A stretch of 63,904 bases of DNA, counting the filler, from Nemertoderma westbladi (Eukaryota; Animalia; Xenacoelomorpha), in NCBI GenBank assembly GCA_032718475.1. It is 3 parts of 3 records of this genome, joined end to end, with 100 filler letters (N's around TTAATTAATTAA, not from the genome) between each part and the next. Parts side by side here need not be neighbours in the genome. Positions count along the whole stretch, not along the records: positions 30,085 to 50,835 come from JAUCBJ010000594.1; 2 more parts are not named here. One strand, written 5' to 3'. The notes below the pieces were generated by a model. It made no database searches, was not told where the DNA came from, and was given only the letters and a program-made list of their open reading frames with translations. The position numbers and the translations under genes were made by a program. This document shows positions 36,338-47,506 of the stretch, one piece after another (within the stretch, counting starts at the first letter, position 1; the number at the start of each line of letters is the position of its first letter).

Positions 36338-37613
36338 TCCACGAAGCTAAGGAAAATCAACTACTTTCGCTAAGAAAGATTTTCCTTAGCTGAGATGGTC
36401 TATTCATAGTGGGCTATTTTACTTGTGTGAGGCAGATTTGGGGTTTTTTGATAGGCGAAAAAACTAGCCTTTAAAAGTACCCTGAAATTTTGCATGTATA
36501 TACTACTCGGCGAGGCGCATCTTTTGGGCCGGGTCTCATATCCAGGAAAAATCTGGTTTCCATGGCAACGGACTTCAAAAAAAGTCTATGTATTTCAAGT
36601 CAATATTTATAACTCTATTTGTAGGAAAACTATAATAGATTTAAACTTGGGGTTTTGCAACACAACTATAAGGTCCATAGCAGATCCGATTGAGGCTAAA
36701 TAGAAAATCCAGTTACCTTGGCAACCGAGATAAACAGATGTTAAAATTTATAAAATGTTAATTTGAGGCCTAAGGGCAAGGTGTTATGACTTGGGACCAA
36801 CCCCTACCCCCACTATATAACTTATTCTGCATCCGAATTACATTGTTCTATTTTTCAGTTACCATGACAACAGCCGAAAACAGATGTTTTTATACAAAAA
36901 TTATTCATTTGGACATAGACTTCGCGATAAAATTTTACAAAACTGGGTATGTGTTATCTGCACCACTAGTTGGAACTTTTAGTGAAACTTAAATCATTCC
37001 AGAAATTTAGTTACCATGGTAACTGTAGTTTATTAAACTCTATATCATTCAAGTCTATATTGATAACTCTATTTCTAGCAAAACTGTAATATATATAAAC
37101 TTGGGGTTTTGTAACTCATCTATAATTTCCATATCCATCCAAGCCGTTTGAGGTTAATTAGAAAGTACAGTTACCATAGCAACAAGACTAAACAGATGTT
37201 ACTATTTATAAAATGATAATTTGAAGCACAAGTTAATAGTATTATGACTTGGGACCAAGACCTACCCCCACTATATGACTTATTCTGCATCCGAATTACA
37301 TTATTATATTTTTCAGTTTCCATGACAACCACTGCAAACAGATGCATTTTGATAGAAAATCGGTAATTTGGACATAAACTACAATATTTTCTGAAACTCG
37401 GTATATGTGTTATAATCTGAACCACAATCTGGACTGAATCTTTTTTCAAAGGTAAAACCCACAGTTCCAGAGAACTCTAGTTTCCATGGGAATAGAAGTA
37501 AATTATTGGCAATTGCTACTAAACTAGGCTATAAGCAACGAACCAAAGTGTGGCCGTTTGTTTAATTTTCCTTAGCTTCGTGGTTGCATTTCCTTTAGGA
37601 AATGCCTTTCTCG
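36338..37613 (+). mobile_element. Helitron/HINE-like element, copy C
   Basis: It runs G|TCCACGAAG to hairpin-CTTTCTCG|T. Confidence 0.85.
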
Positions 37614-37623
37614 TAAGTTACTA

Positions 37624-39473
37624 TCCACGAAGCTAAGGAAAATCAACTACTTTCGCTAAGAAAGATTTTCCTTAGCTGAGATGGTCTATTCATAGTGGGC
37701 TATTTTACTTGTGTGGGGCAGATTTGTTTTTTTTTGGTCGGGGAAAAAACTAGCCTTTAAAGGTACCCTGAAATTTTGCATGTATGTACTACTCATCGAG
37801 GCGCGTCGTGTGGGATGGGTCTCATATTCAGGAAAAATCTGGTTTCCATGGCAACGGACTTAGAAAAAAGTCTATGTATTTCAAGTCAATATTTATAACT
37901 CTATTTGTAGGAAAACTATAATACATATAAACTTGGGATTTCTCAACTCAACTATAAGGTCCATAGCAGAGCCGATTGAGGTTAAATAGAAATTCCAGTT
38001 ACCTTGGCAACCGGGCTAAACAGATGTTAAAATTTATAAAATGTTAATTTGAAGCCTAAGGTTTATGTGTTATGTCTTGGGACCAACCCCTACCCCCACT
38101 ATATGACTTATTCTGCGTCCGAATTTCATTGTTTAATTTTGCAGTTACCATGACAACCGCTGAAAACAGATGTTTTTATACGAAAATAACTCATTTGGAC
38201 ATAGACTTCACGATAAAATTTTACGAAACTGGATATGTGTTATCTGGACCACTAGTTCGAACTTTTAGTGAAACTCAAAACATTCCAGAAATATCTAGTT
38301 ACCGTGGTAACTGGAGTTTATTACAGATTATATCATTCAGGTCTATATTCATAACTCTATTTGTAGAAAAACCGCAATAGATATAAACTTGGGGTTTCTC
38401 AACTCAACTACAAGGGCCATAGTCGAGCAGATTGAGGTAAATTAAAAAATCCTGTTACCATGACAACCAGGCTAAACAGACGTTAAAATTTATAAAATGA
38501 TAATTTTAAGCAAAAGTTAAAGCTATTATGACATGGGACCAAGCCCTACCCCCTCTATATAACTTATTCTGCATCCGAATTACGTTGTTCTATTTCTCAC
38601 TTTCCATGGCAACCGCTGAAAACATGAAAATTTGAAGCCTAAGGTTAAGGTTTTATGTCTTGGGACCAACCCCTACCCCCACTATATGACTTATTCTGCG
38701 TCCGAATTTCATTGTTTAATTTTGCAGTTACCATGACAACCGCTGAAAACAGATGTTTTTATACTAAAATAATTCATTTGGACATAGACTTCGCGATAAA
38801 ATTTTACGAAACTGGGAATGTGTTATCTGGACCATTAGTTGGAACTTTTAGTGAAACTGAAAACATTCCAGAAATATCTTGTTACCATGGTAACTGGAGT
38901 TTATTAAAGTCTATATCATTCAAGTCTAAATTCAATAAAAACTCTATTTGTAGCAAAATAATGTAATAAATATAAATTTGGGGTTTTGCAACTCATCTGT
39001 AAGGTCCATATACAATCCATTCGAGGTTAATTACACAATCCAATTACCATAGCAACAAGACTAAACAGATGTTAAAATTTCTAAAATGATAATTTGAAAC
39101 ACAAGTTAATAGTATTATGACTTGGGACCAAGACCTACCCCCACAATATGACTTATTCTGCATCCGAATTACATTGTTCTATTTTTCAGTTTCCATGACA
39201 ACCACTGCAAACAGATGCATTTTGATAGAAAATCGGTAATTTGGACATAAACTCAATATTTTCAAAACTTGGTATGTGTTGAACCACAATCTGGACTGAA
39301 TCTTTTTTCAAAGGTAAAACCAACAGTTCCAGAGAATTCTAGTTTCCATGGGAATATAAGTTATTTATTGGCAATTGCTACTAAACTAGGCTAAGCAACA
39401 AACCAAATTATGGCCCTTTGTTTAATTTTCCTTAGCTTCGTGGTTGCATTTCCTTTAGGAAATGCTTTTCTCG
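37624..39473 (+). mobile_element. Helitron/HINE-like element, copy D (extra internal units)
   Basis: It runs A|TCCACGAAG to hairpin-TTTTCTCG|T and has four ATG(A/T)C(T/A)TGGGACCAA anchors. Confidence 0.85.
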
Positions 39474-39800
39474 TATAACCTGGCAGATAAACTGATTCAT
39501 TATCTTATGTTAAAAGATATACAGTCACTTAATGTATTTTATGGTATTCGGTATTCGATCTACAAAAGGGTCAAAGCAAGATAACTTCCGCCGAATTCGC
39601 CGAGACGAGCGTGTGTGACTGTGACGTATAATGAATGTTAAACATGTGTGTTATCCTGGTATGTTCGATGCTACGCTCTGGAATTGGCTGATTGGTAGCA
39701 AATTGACTTGGTTATCTTTAGGGTTAGCTCGCCAAATTAATTAATTATCAAATTCGCAAAATCTTAAATTTTGGACTTGTACTCCAACATAGATTATTTA

Positions 39801-41069
39801 TCCACGAAGCTAAGGAAAATCAACTACTTTCGCTAAGAAAGATTTTCCTTAGCTGAGATGGTCTATTCATAGTGGGCTATTTTACTTGTATGGAGCAGAT
39901 TAGTTTTTTTTTAAGTCCAGCAAAAACTAGCCTTTAAAAGTACCCTGAAATTTTGCATGTATATACAACTCATCAAGGCGCGTCGTGTGGGATGGGTCTC
40001 ATATCCAGGAAAAATCTGGTTTCCATGGCAACGGACTTCAAAAAAAAGTCTATGTATTTCAAGTCAATATTTATAACTCTATTTGTAGGAAAACTATAAT
40101 AGATATAAACTTGGGGTTTCGCAACTCAACTATAAGGTCCATAGCAGATCCGATTGAGGCTAAATAGAAAATCCAGTTACCTTGGCAACCGGGACAAACA
40201 GATGTTAAAATTTTTAAAATGTTAATTTGAGGCCTAAGGGCAAGGTGTTATGACTTGGGACCAACCCCTACCCCCACTATATAACTTATTCTGCATTCGA
40301 ATTACATTGTTCTATTTTTCAGTTACCATGACAACCGCTGAAAACAGATGTTTTTATTCAAAACTTATTCATTTGGACATAGACTTCACGATAAAATTTT
40401 ACAAAACTGGGTATGTGTTATCTGGACCACTAGTTGGAACTTTTAGTGAAACTTAAATTATTCCAGAAATTTAGTTACCATGGTAACTGTAGTTTTATTA
40501 AACTCTATATCATTCAAATCTATATTGATAACTCTATTTGTAGCAAAACTGTAATATATATAAACTTGGGGTTTTGCAACTCATCTATAAGATCCATATC
40601 CAAGCCGTTTGAGGTTAATTAGAAAATACAGTTACCATAGCAACAAGTCTAAACAGATGTTAAAATTTATAAAATAATAATTTGAAGCACAAGTTAATAG
40701 TATTATGACTTGGGACTAACCCCTACCCCCACTATATGACTTATTCTGCATCCGAATTACATTGTTCTATTTTCCAGTTTCCATGACAACCATTGCAAAC
40801 AGATGCATTTTGATAGAAAATCGGTAATTTGGACATAAACTACAATATTTTCTGAAACTCAGTATATGTGTTATCTGAACCACAATCTGTACTGAATTTT
40901 TTTTCAAAGGTTAAAGCAACAGTTCCAGAGAACTCTAGTTTCCATGGGAATAGAAGTTAATTATTGACAATTGCTACTTAACGAGGCTAAGCAACGAACC
41001 AAAGTGTGGCCGTTTGTTTAATTTTCCTTAGCTTCGTGGTTGCATTTCCTTTAGGAAATGCCTTTCTCG
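39801..41069 (+). mobile_element. Helitron/HINE-like element, copy E
   Basis: It runs A|TCCACGAAG to hairpin-CTTTCTCG|T. Confidence 0.85.
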
Positions 41070-41095
41070 TAATCCATAATTTATCAGTTTTTCTA

Positions 41096-42370
41096 TCCAC
41101 GAAGCTAAGGAAAATCAACTACTTTCGCTAAGAAAGATTTTCCTTAGCTGAGATGGTCTATTCATAGTGGGCTATTTTACTTGTATGGGGCAGATTTGGT
41201 TTTTTTTGACTCCAGAAAAAACTAGCCTTTAAAAGTACCCTGAAATTTTGCATGTATATACTACTCGTCGAGGCGCATCTTTTGGGCTGGGTCTCATATC
41301 CAGGAAAAATCTGGTTTCCATGGCAACGGACTTAGAAAAAAGTCTATGTATTTCAAGTCAATATTTATAACTCTATTTGTAGGAAAACTATAATACATAT
41401 ATACTTGGGGTTTCTAAACTCAACTATAAGGTCCATAGCAGAGCCGACTGAGGTTCAATAGAAAATCCAGTTGCCTTGGCAACTGGGCTAGACAGATGTT
41501 AAAATTTACAAAATGTTAATTTGAAGCCTAAGGAGAAGGTGTTATGACTTGGGACCAATCCCTACCCCCACTATATGAGTTATTCTGCGTCCGAATTTCA
41601 TTGTTTAATTTTGCAGTTACCATGACAACCGCTGAAAACAGATGTTTTTATACGAAAATAACTCATTTGGACATAGACTTCACGATAAAATTTTACGAAA
41701 CTGGATATGTGTTATCTGGACCACTAGTTCGAACTTTTAGTGAAACTCAAAACATCCCAGAAATATCTAGTTACCATGGTAACTGTAGTTTATTAAAGTC
41801 TATATTATTCAAGTCTATATTCATAACTCTATTCGGAGCAAAACTGTAATATATATAAACTTGGGGTTTTGCAACTCATCTATAAGGTCCATATACAAAC
41901 CGTTCGAGGTTAATTTGAAAATCCAGCTACCATAGCAACAAGACTATACAGATGTTAAAATTTATAAAATGATAATTTGAAGCACAAGTTAATAGTATTA
42001 TGACTTGGGACCAACACCTACCCCCACTATATGACTTATTCTGCATCCGAATTACATTGTTCTATTTTTCAGTTTCCCTGACAACCACTGCAAACAAACC
42101 GATGCATTTTCATAGAAAATCGGTAATTTGGACATAAACTACAATATTTTCTGAAACTCGGTATATATGTTATCTGAACCACAATCTGGACTAAATCTTT
42201 TTTCAAAGGTTAAACCAACAGTTCCAGAAAACTGTAGTTTCCATGGGAATATAAGTTAATTATATTGACAAATGCTACTAAACGAGGCTAAGCAACGAAC
42301 CAAAGTGTGGCCGTTTGTTTAATTTTCCTTAGCTTCGTGGTTGCATTTCCTTTAGGAAATGCCTTTCTAG
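41096..42370 (+). mobile_element. Helitron/HINE-like element, copy F
   Basis: It runs A|TCCACGAAG to hairpin-CTTTCTAG|T. Confidence 0.85.
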
Positions 42371-42509
42371 TACATTGAGCTATCGCTGATTGGAGTGAAC
42401 ACTATGTTGTTACACCCTGTTTCGACAAATGTTCGAAACTGGGTGTTTATTATTCTAAGTCGAGTTGTCCAGAATTTGAACACCCAACGGTAATTCAGTA
42501 CATTTAGGT

Positions 42510-42777
42510 AGGTAATTCCGGACATGTAATGATGGGCTATGGGTAACTTTGACGCAGTTTGTTTGCAGATAAGTAGGTGGCAACCCTGTTGCTGTTGTCA
42601 TGACATTTATCAGTTGATTCGAAATTTTAGATAAAATTTTTAGGTCGTCGTAGCGAGACTCCATTGTTTTTGTTGGTGTTGTTATTTTCAACATTGTCCG
42701 GAATTTCAATAGGACATAGGAAACATAAGGAAATGTAGTAATTGTCCATAATTTGAACACCCTGTCCGGAATTACCT
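42510..42777. repeat. 15-bp perfect inverted repeat pair, a possible small MITE remnant
   Basis: AGGTAATTCCGGACA (42510-42524) and TGTCCGGAATTACCT (42763-42777) are exact reverse complements. Confidence 0.4.
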
Positions 42778-42838
42778 GGTGGACGGAATTTGGCGAGTTA
42801 ACCCTACTATTATATCACCCGTTACATTTTCCACTCAC

Positions 42839-43555
42839 CTCACTCCTTCTAGGCTCATCCGCTCCCACACACGCCTCTGTTATATCCCGGAAGTACAGCT
42901 GTTGCTCCACTGAAAGTTCGTGTGCTGTCGCCGACTTTATTACCCCCGCTTTATTGCCCATCTCAGACGGTTTATTACCAGCGGGTTTTCCACCAGTTTT
43001 CAGCTGCGAGAGATTCAGTGTGGCTTCCCTTTGTGTGTCCCGAGGCACGGTGGCGGGGTTCTCTCCAACCGCGGGTTGGACTCCCTCTATGGCCAACCAA
43101 TGCGCCTTAAACACCGCCTCCTGGGGGAGTTTAGGGAGCGGTGACGTCACCAACTGGTGGAGATCGAGTTCCCGAGGTTCGTAGTAATGAACCTCCCGTC
43201 CGCCTCCGGAAGAGAATCCGAAGGGAGTTTGATCCTTCGTGGCCAGGCCGTACAACGGCTCCGTGTTGGAAACCTTCAACGCGTAGTCCAGGTCCGGGGG
43301 CATCACGGTCTTACGTTTGGCCATCGAGGCGAATTTAACGGCATCCTGTACAAACATTCGGAGTCGGTAGGTGGTGTCGTGTGCAAGAAGATGGCAGGCT
43401 TCCTCCGAAACAACGCCCACTCCCGCGGAGTCCGCCATCGCTCGGACAGATTCCGCGCTCAGATTGAGAGAATCGAGTTCGAGGTGGGCGGATTTATTAT
43501 CCGGCTTGGACGCCGAGTCCGATTTATTACGGGTATCGATAAATGTTGTCGTCAT
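42839..43555 (-). CDS. TAF6: TFIID subunit 6, coding exon 1 (H4-like histone fold)
   Basis: The first in-frame ATG is at 43555; the ORF-track start at 43585 is TTG. Motifs include ESVRAMADSAGV...LAHDTTYRLRMFVQDAVKF...DLDYALKVSNTEPLYG, KAHWLAIEGVQPAVGENP and HELSVEQQLYFRDITEACVG. The donor is GAG|GTGAGT, phase 0. The spliced CDS is 1674 nt, or 557 aa. Confidence 0.94.
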
Positions 43556-43895
43556 CGTCGAATCTAATTCAGTACTTGTCGCCAATCACAGAGTCCAGGA
43601 GTCAGATGGTCAGACTGTGGACTGTCAGATTTGGCATCCAGGCATCCAGCTATCCTAATTCTGCAAAGTGGCGTGGAAACGCATGTGGAAGGAAGAAAAT
43701 AACAAACCTGAACAAGGGAACGGAATTATCACACAAGTGTTTTAACCAAGGACTGAAGTACTACAGGACTACTGAAGCAAGGACTGGAAGTAACCTGGCA
43801 AACCAGGACCTGATCAGTGATCAACCAACAGCCTGCACGGTAATCAGTATATAGGTAGTTTAGAATAAATGACTGCCAGACTAGAGAAAATAGAG

Positions 43896-44097
43896 CAAAT
43901 CCCGCCTTGTCGAATTAATATCCCGCCTCAATGTTAAATTATCAATCTAGGGAAAGGAGCAGGTTACAGTGGCATAATATATTAACCAAAACAATAAACT
44001 ATTCGCAATAGAATAGGTTACAGTTTATTTTTGAGAGTAATCAGCTGTTATTTTCGTCCAATTTTCCTGGAGACTGATGAATTTTTATTGCGTCCAG
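43896..44097. mobile_element. Second copy of the ~200-bp element found at 7981-8208, upstream of TAF6
   Basis: It shares the blocks CGAATTAATATCCCGCCTCAATGTTAAATT, TAGGGAAAGGAGCAGGTTACAGTG, GTTTATTTTTGAGAG..ATCAGCTGTTATTT and TTTTATTGCGTCCAG in the same order. Confidence 0.75.
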
Positions 44098-44934
44098 CAA
44101 AATTAATTAATTAAAAGGAATATCTGGGTGAAAAAGAAGTAATATTATTAAAACAAAAGGTCTTTTAATAAAAATAGGTAATGATTATACACCTCTATAG
44201 CTCAGACCATCCCACAGTATGTTATACATTTTAGAACTATCACAACCAGAACCGATTAGTATAATTACTCTAAGCTGAACTCTAAGCTGATTTTATTCTT
44301 TGAAATTAAATTAAATTCAAATTTCCCGCAAGACAAACTTTTTTTCCAATAGAAAAAAGTAGAATCAAACAACAAAATTTGGTTCGGGTGAATTGCGAAT
44401 TAGTTTTGGGTTACCCAATCTTTTTCGCTAGATTGACTGGACTCTATGTGCTTTATGTTGAACAAACAATTTAAAAACTTAATTCTTTAACTAAAAATTT
44501 GAACAATTTTTAAAGTTCAGAATGAATGTGGAATGTGCCAGAATTTTAGCGTGTTTTCAAAACTGTCTGCCCTACACAGGCTGAATGCGTACTGAACTGA
44601 ATTATTTATAATATAAATATTTTTGTCATTTTATGAACAAATTATTATTATTATTATTATTATTATTAAATTATATTTTTCCCAAAATGGTTTTTTTATT
44701 TTTTATTATGACCCTATGCGCTATAGGCCTGTACTGTAGTCTATGTATTCATAGGCTGTTTTGGATTTAGTTTTCAATTCCGATTGAACCCTTACTAAGG
44801 AAGTCGACAGGGGCGCCGGAAGCACGGGGGCAGCTGCCCCCCTGCCCTTATGACAGGGGGGCAGCAATGTGCCCCTCCAGAATTAACTCACACAATGGAA
44901 ACGGCCCACACTATCTGACTATTAATTAATATAT

Positions 44935-46184
44935 AGGCATTTCCACAGAAAATGGGACACGATATGAAAAAAATAAAACTTTAAAAAATAAGCAATATGT
45001 CATGATTTATTGGGTAAAATTTCATAAATTTTTCGAATTTGACAAAATTTACATTGATTTGAGGGTATAAAATTGGAAATTTTGCGATTATATCGACCAT
45101 CATCAAGAAAAAACGTAAAACATGTAAAAACGAAAAAAATACCAAAATTCAAGGCGAAATATTTTTTTTACTGTTTATCAATATAGGCTATCCTTGGTAT
45201 CATTGTAATCAGCCGTAAATGCACATTCCAATGAGGTAGTTCTACGCCATAAACATAGAACGCTTCTCATACAATAAGCATTAAAAGCTACCTGTACCCA
45301 ATTGTAACGTCCGACACTTTTTTTTACATTTTTTCTCAATTACTTCTCTATTGTTTGGCAAACCATATCGAAATTAAAATGACTCAATGCCGACGTAAGA
45401 TGGCGTCTCTTGTGCCATTTACAGCAATCCAGGCTACCATAAAGGCTGTGATTTCAGTGAATGAAGTTTGTAACGTCCGACACATTGTAACGTCCGACAC
45501 TATTATTATTTAATGTATTTAAAGTCTAAATTGCAGTGTCATAGTGTAAAATGCATAAATAAATAAAAATAGGTTTCAATAATTGCGATTTTCGACTCAA
45601 AATTCACCCCTTAGTATTTTGATGATATATTTGGCAATTGTTGGTGAAATTTAAAATGGTTTTCAGATTCGGAATCTGCAGATGAAGGCGGTTCTAATGA
45701 TATCTAGAGTACATTCCAAAGACGAAAAATAAAGCCGACAGAGGTGGCTAAATATGCTCATTTTTATGTAACGTCCAACACGTAACGTCCGACACCATTC
45801 CGCACAACTTTGAATTGCAAATGTCGGCTTCAAAAGATCTGCAGTGCAATTTAGAAAACCTTTTCGAAAAATAGAATAGTTGAGCTACATTTTGAGCCCA
45901 AAAATAATAACATACCAGTCTTCGGCATTAATTGCAATCAAAAGTAAAATATGTACAATAAAAAGTGTCCTATTTTTGTAACGTCCGACACCTTTTTAAA
46001 AGTCAACTGTTTAAGAAGAATAACGTTTCCCAATGCAGAGTATTTGCGATATTCTGAAAGATTAATAAATTGTCTCATTTATTCAACGCAATCTGATGTC
46101 AAAAATTCAAGTATTTTCGTAAATTTAAAGAAAAACATTCAAAAATCGAGAATGTCCGTAACGTCCGACACCGTGGAATTGCCC
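44935..46184. mobile_element. Non-autonomous DNA transposon with short TIRs, a 4-bp ATAT TSD and seven GTAACGTCCRACAC motifs (Sola-like)
   Basis: The ends read ATAT|AGGCATTTCCACAG and CCGTGGAATTGCCC|ATAT. The motif occurs at about 45304, 45469, 45487, 45768, 45782, 45978 and 46158. The superfamily call rests only on the 4-bp AWWT-type TSD. Confidence 0.55.
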
Positions 46185-46612
46185 ATATGTACAATCGTTG
46201 CAAAAATGTCAAAGTTACATTAGCAGACAGACCAGATAGGAGATTCACTGGTGGCCATAAAGGAAGGTTAACTTTAGCTAAATATAAGAAGACTCAATCT
46301 AAATGGTGTAGCCCTAAGCCATATTACCAATAATGCCCCCCCCCCCCCCCCCACCCACCCACCTCGGCCCAGTCTCCCTCCCTGTGCTGTATGATATAAA
46401 ATCAAGTTCATAGAAAGCCAGCCTATCTCTACCACAGCATAGTAGTCTGTAAATGTGGCCTTGTGACTTGGACAATGGAAGCAAGGGGAGACTAATGGAC
46501 CACAGCTGTTCATCACTGTGCCACTGTGTGTACAATGTACAGTTGGGAACAGCTTTGACTCCACTTACCTACCTAAATGTAGTGATGTAATCTTATTGAA
46601 GGGCACTACAGG

Positions 46613-46725
46613 CGGTGTTCGGACACTTCCCCCCCGGACAGTTCCCCCCCGCTCAAGTAGGACACTCCCCCCCGGACACTTCCCCCCCAGACACTTCCCC
46701 CCCGCGGACACTTCCCCCCCGACTG
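46613..46725. repeat. GGACACTTCCCCCCC short tandem repeat, probably the terminus of a non-autonomous transposon
   Basis: About six imperfect units are visible. The G-rich minus strand could form a quadruplex. Confidence 0.6.
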
Positions 46726-47506
46726 TTCTTAACTTCGCACATTCGTATTTTTCATTTTGTAAGGTAAACGGACCGCTTGTATCCAGATAAGTTGTATCCA
46801 ATTTTCTTTTCGTAGCTCAGAAAGTGATCTTTTGCATCTCGATTTTACATTTTATATCCAAGTTTTATTTATGGGTTTTATCAATGCAATTACATCGTAT
46901 TGTTTGCTAATCTTTAAACTTAATTAATTATATTAGATGACCTATAAATTCCATCCCCGGAATGATATACTGTTTTTATTAACTATAGAATTATAATAAT
47001 TAATTGTTTTAATTATAGGTATTAATATGTAATAGTCTTCTTCAAATTGTAGCAGATGGGGATGAATATTATTGTTGCAATCAAAATTATACCTCTCCAT
47101 GGTAAAATCGACATGCGTCGACCTGTATTCTGTGTTCAGCATTACATATTGATATACATATTACTACTATACGTACTATATAGATATTATACACACTACA
47201 TATTAAATTTCCTGGTTACTTGCAATATTTTTAATAGGATTTTGTTGAATTATATAATATTGTAGTAATTTATATATTAAATTGGTCAACATTCAATACA
47301 GGCTCTCTACTTTAGGCTTAGTCAATTTATTATCTGATGATACAAACATGAATTAATTATTTTCAAAGTGGTCTTAAGTCTTTCACCACGGGCACTCAGG
47401 GAAATGCCGGGGTCTGGGGACGATAATCCCCAATAAAAGAAGCGGGGATTTGGGGGCGGCAGCCCCCAAGAAAAGAAGCGGGGGTTTGGGGGCGGCAGCC
47501 CCCAAG

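Noticed and set aside
33450-41849. Family of short MTWDQPLPPLY... ORFs resembling a peptide gene cluster
   Set aside because: They are the internal modules of the non-autonomous Helitron-like elements. Lengths, stops and frames vary between copies.
31174-42838. TAF6 apparently missing its middle segment (possible pseudogene or trans-splicing)
   Set aside because: The segment is present as a 157-nt exon at 31262-31418 with correct splice sites and phases.
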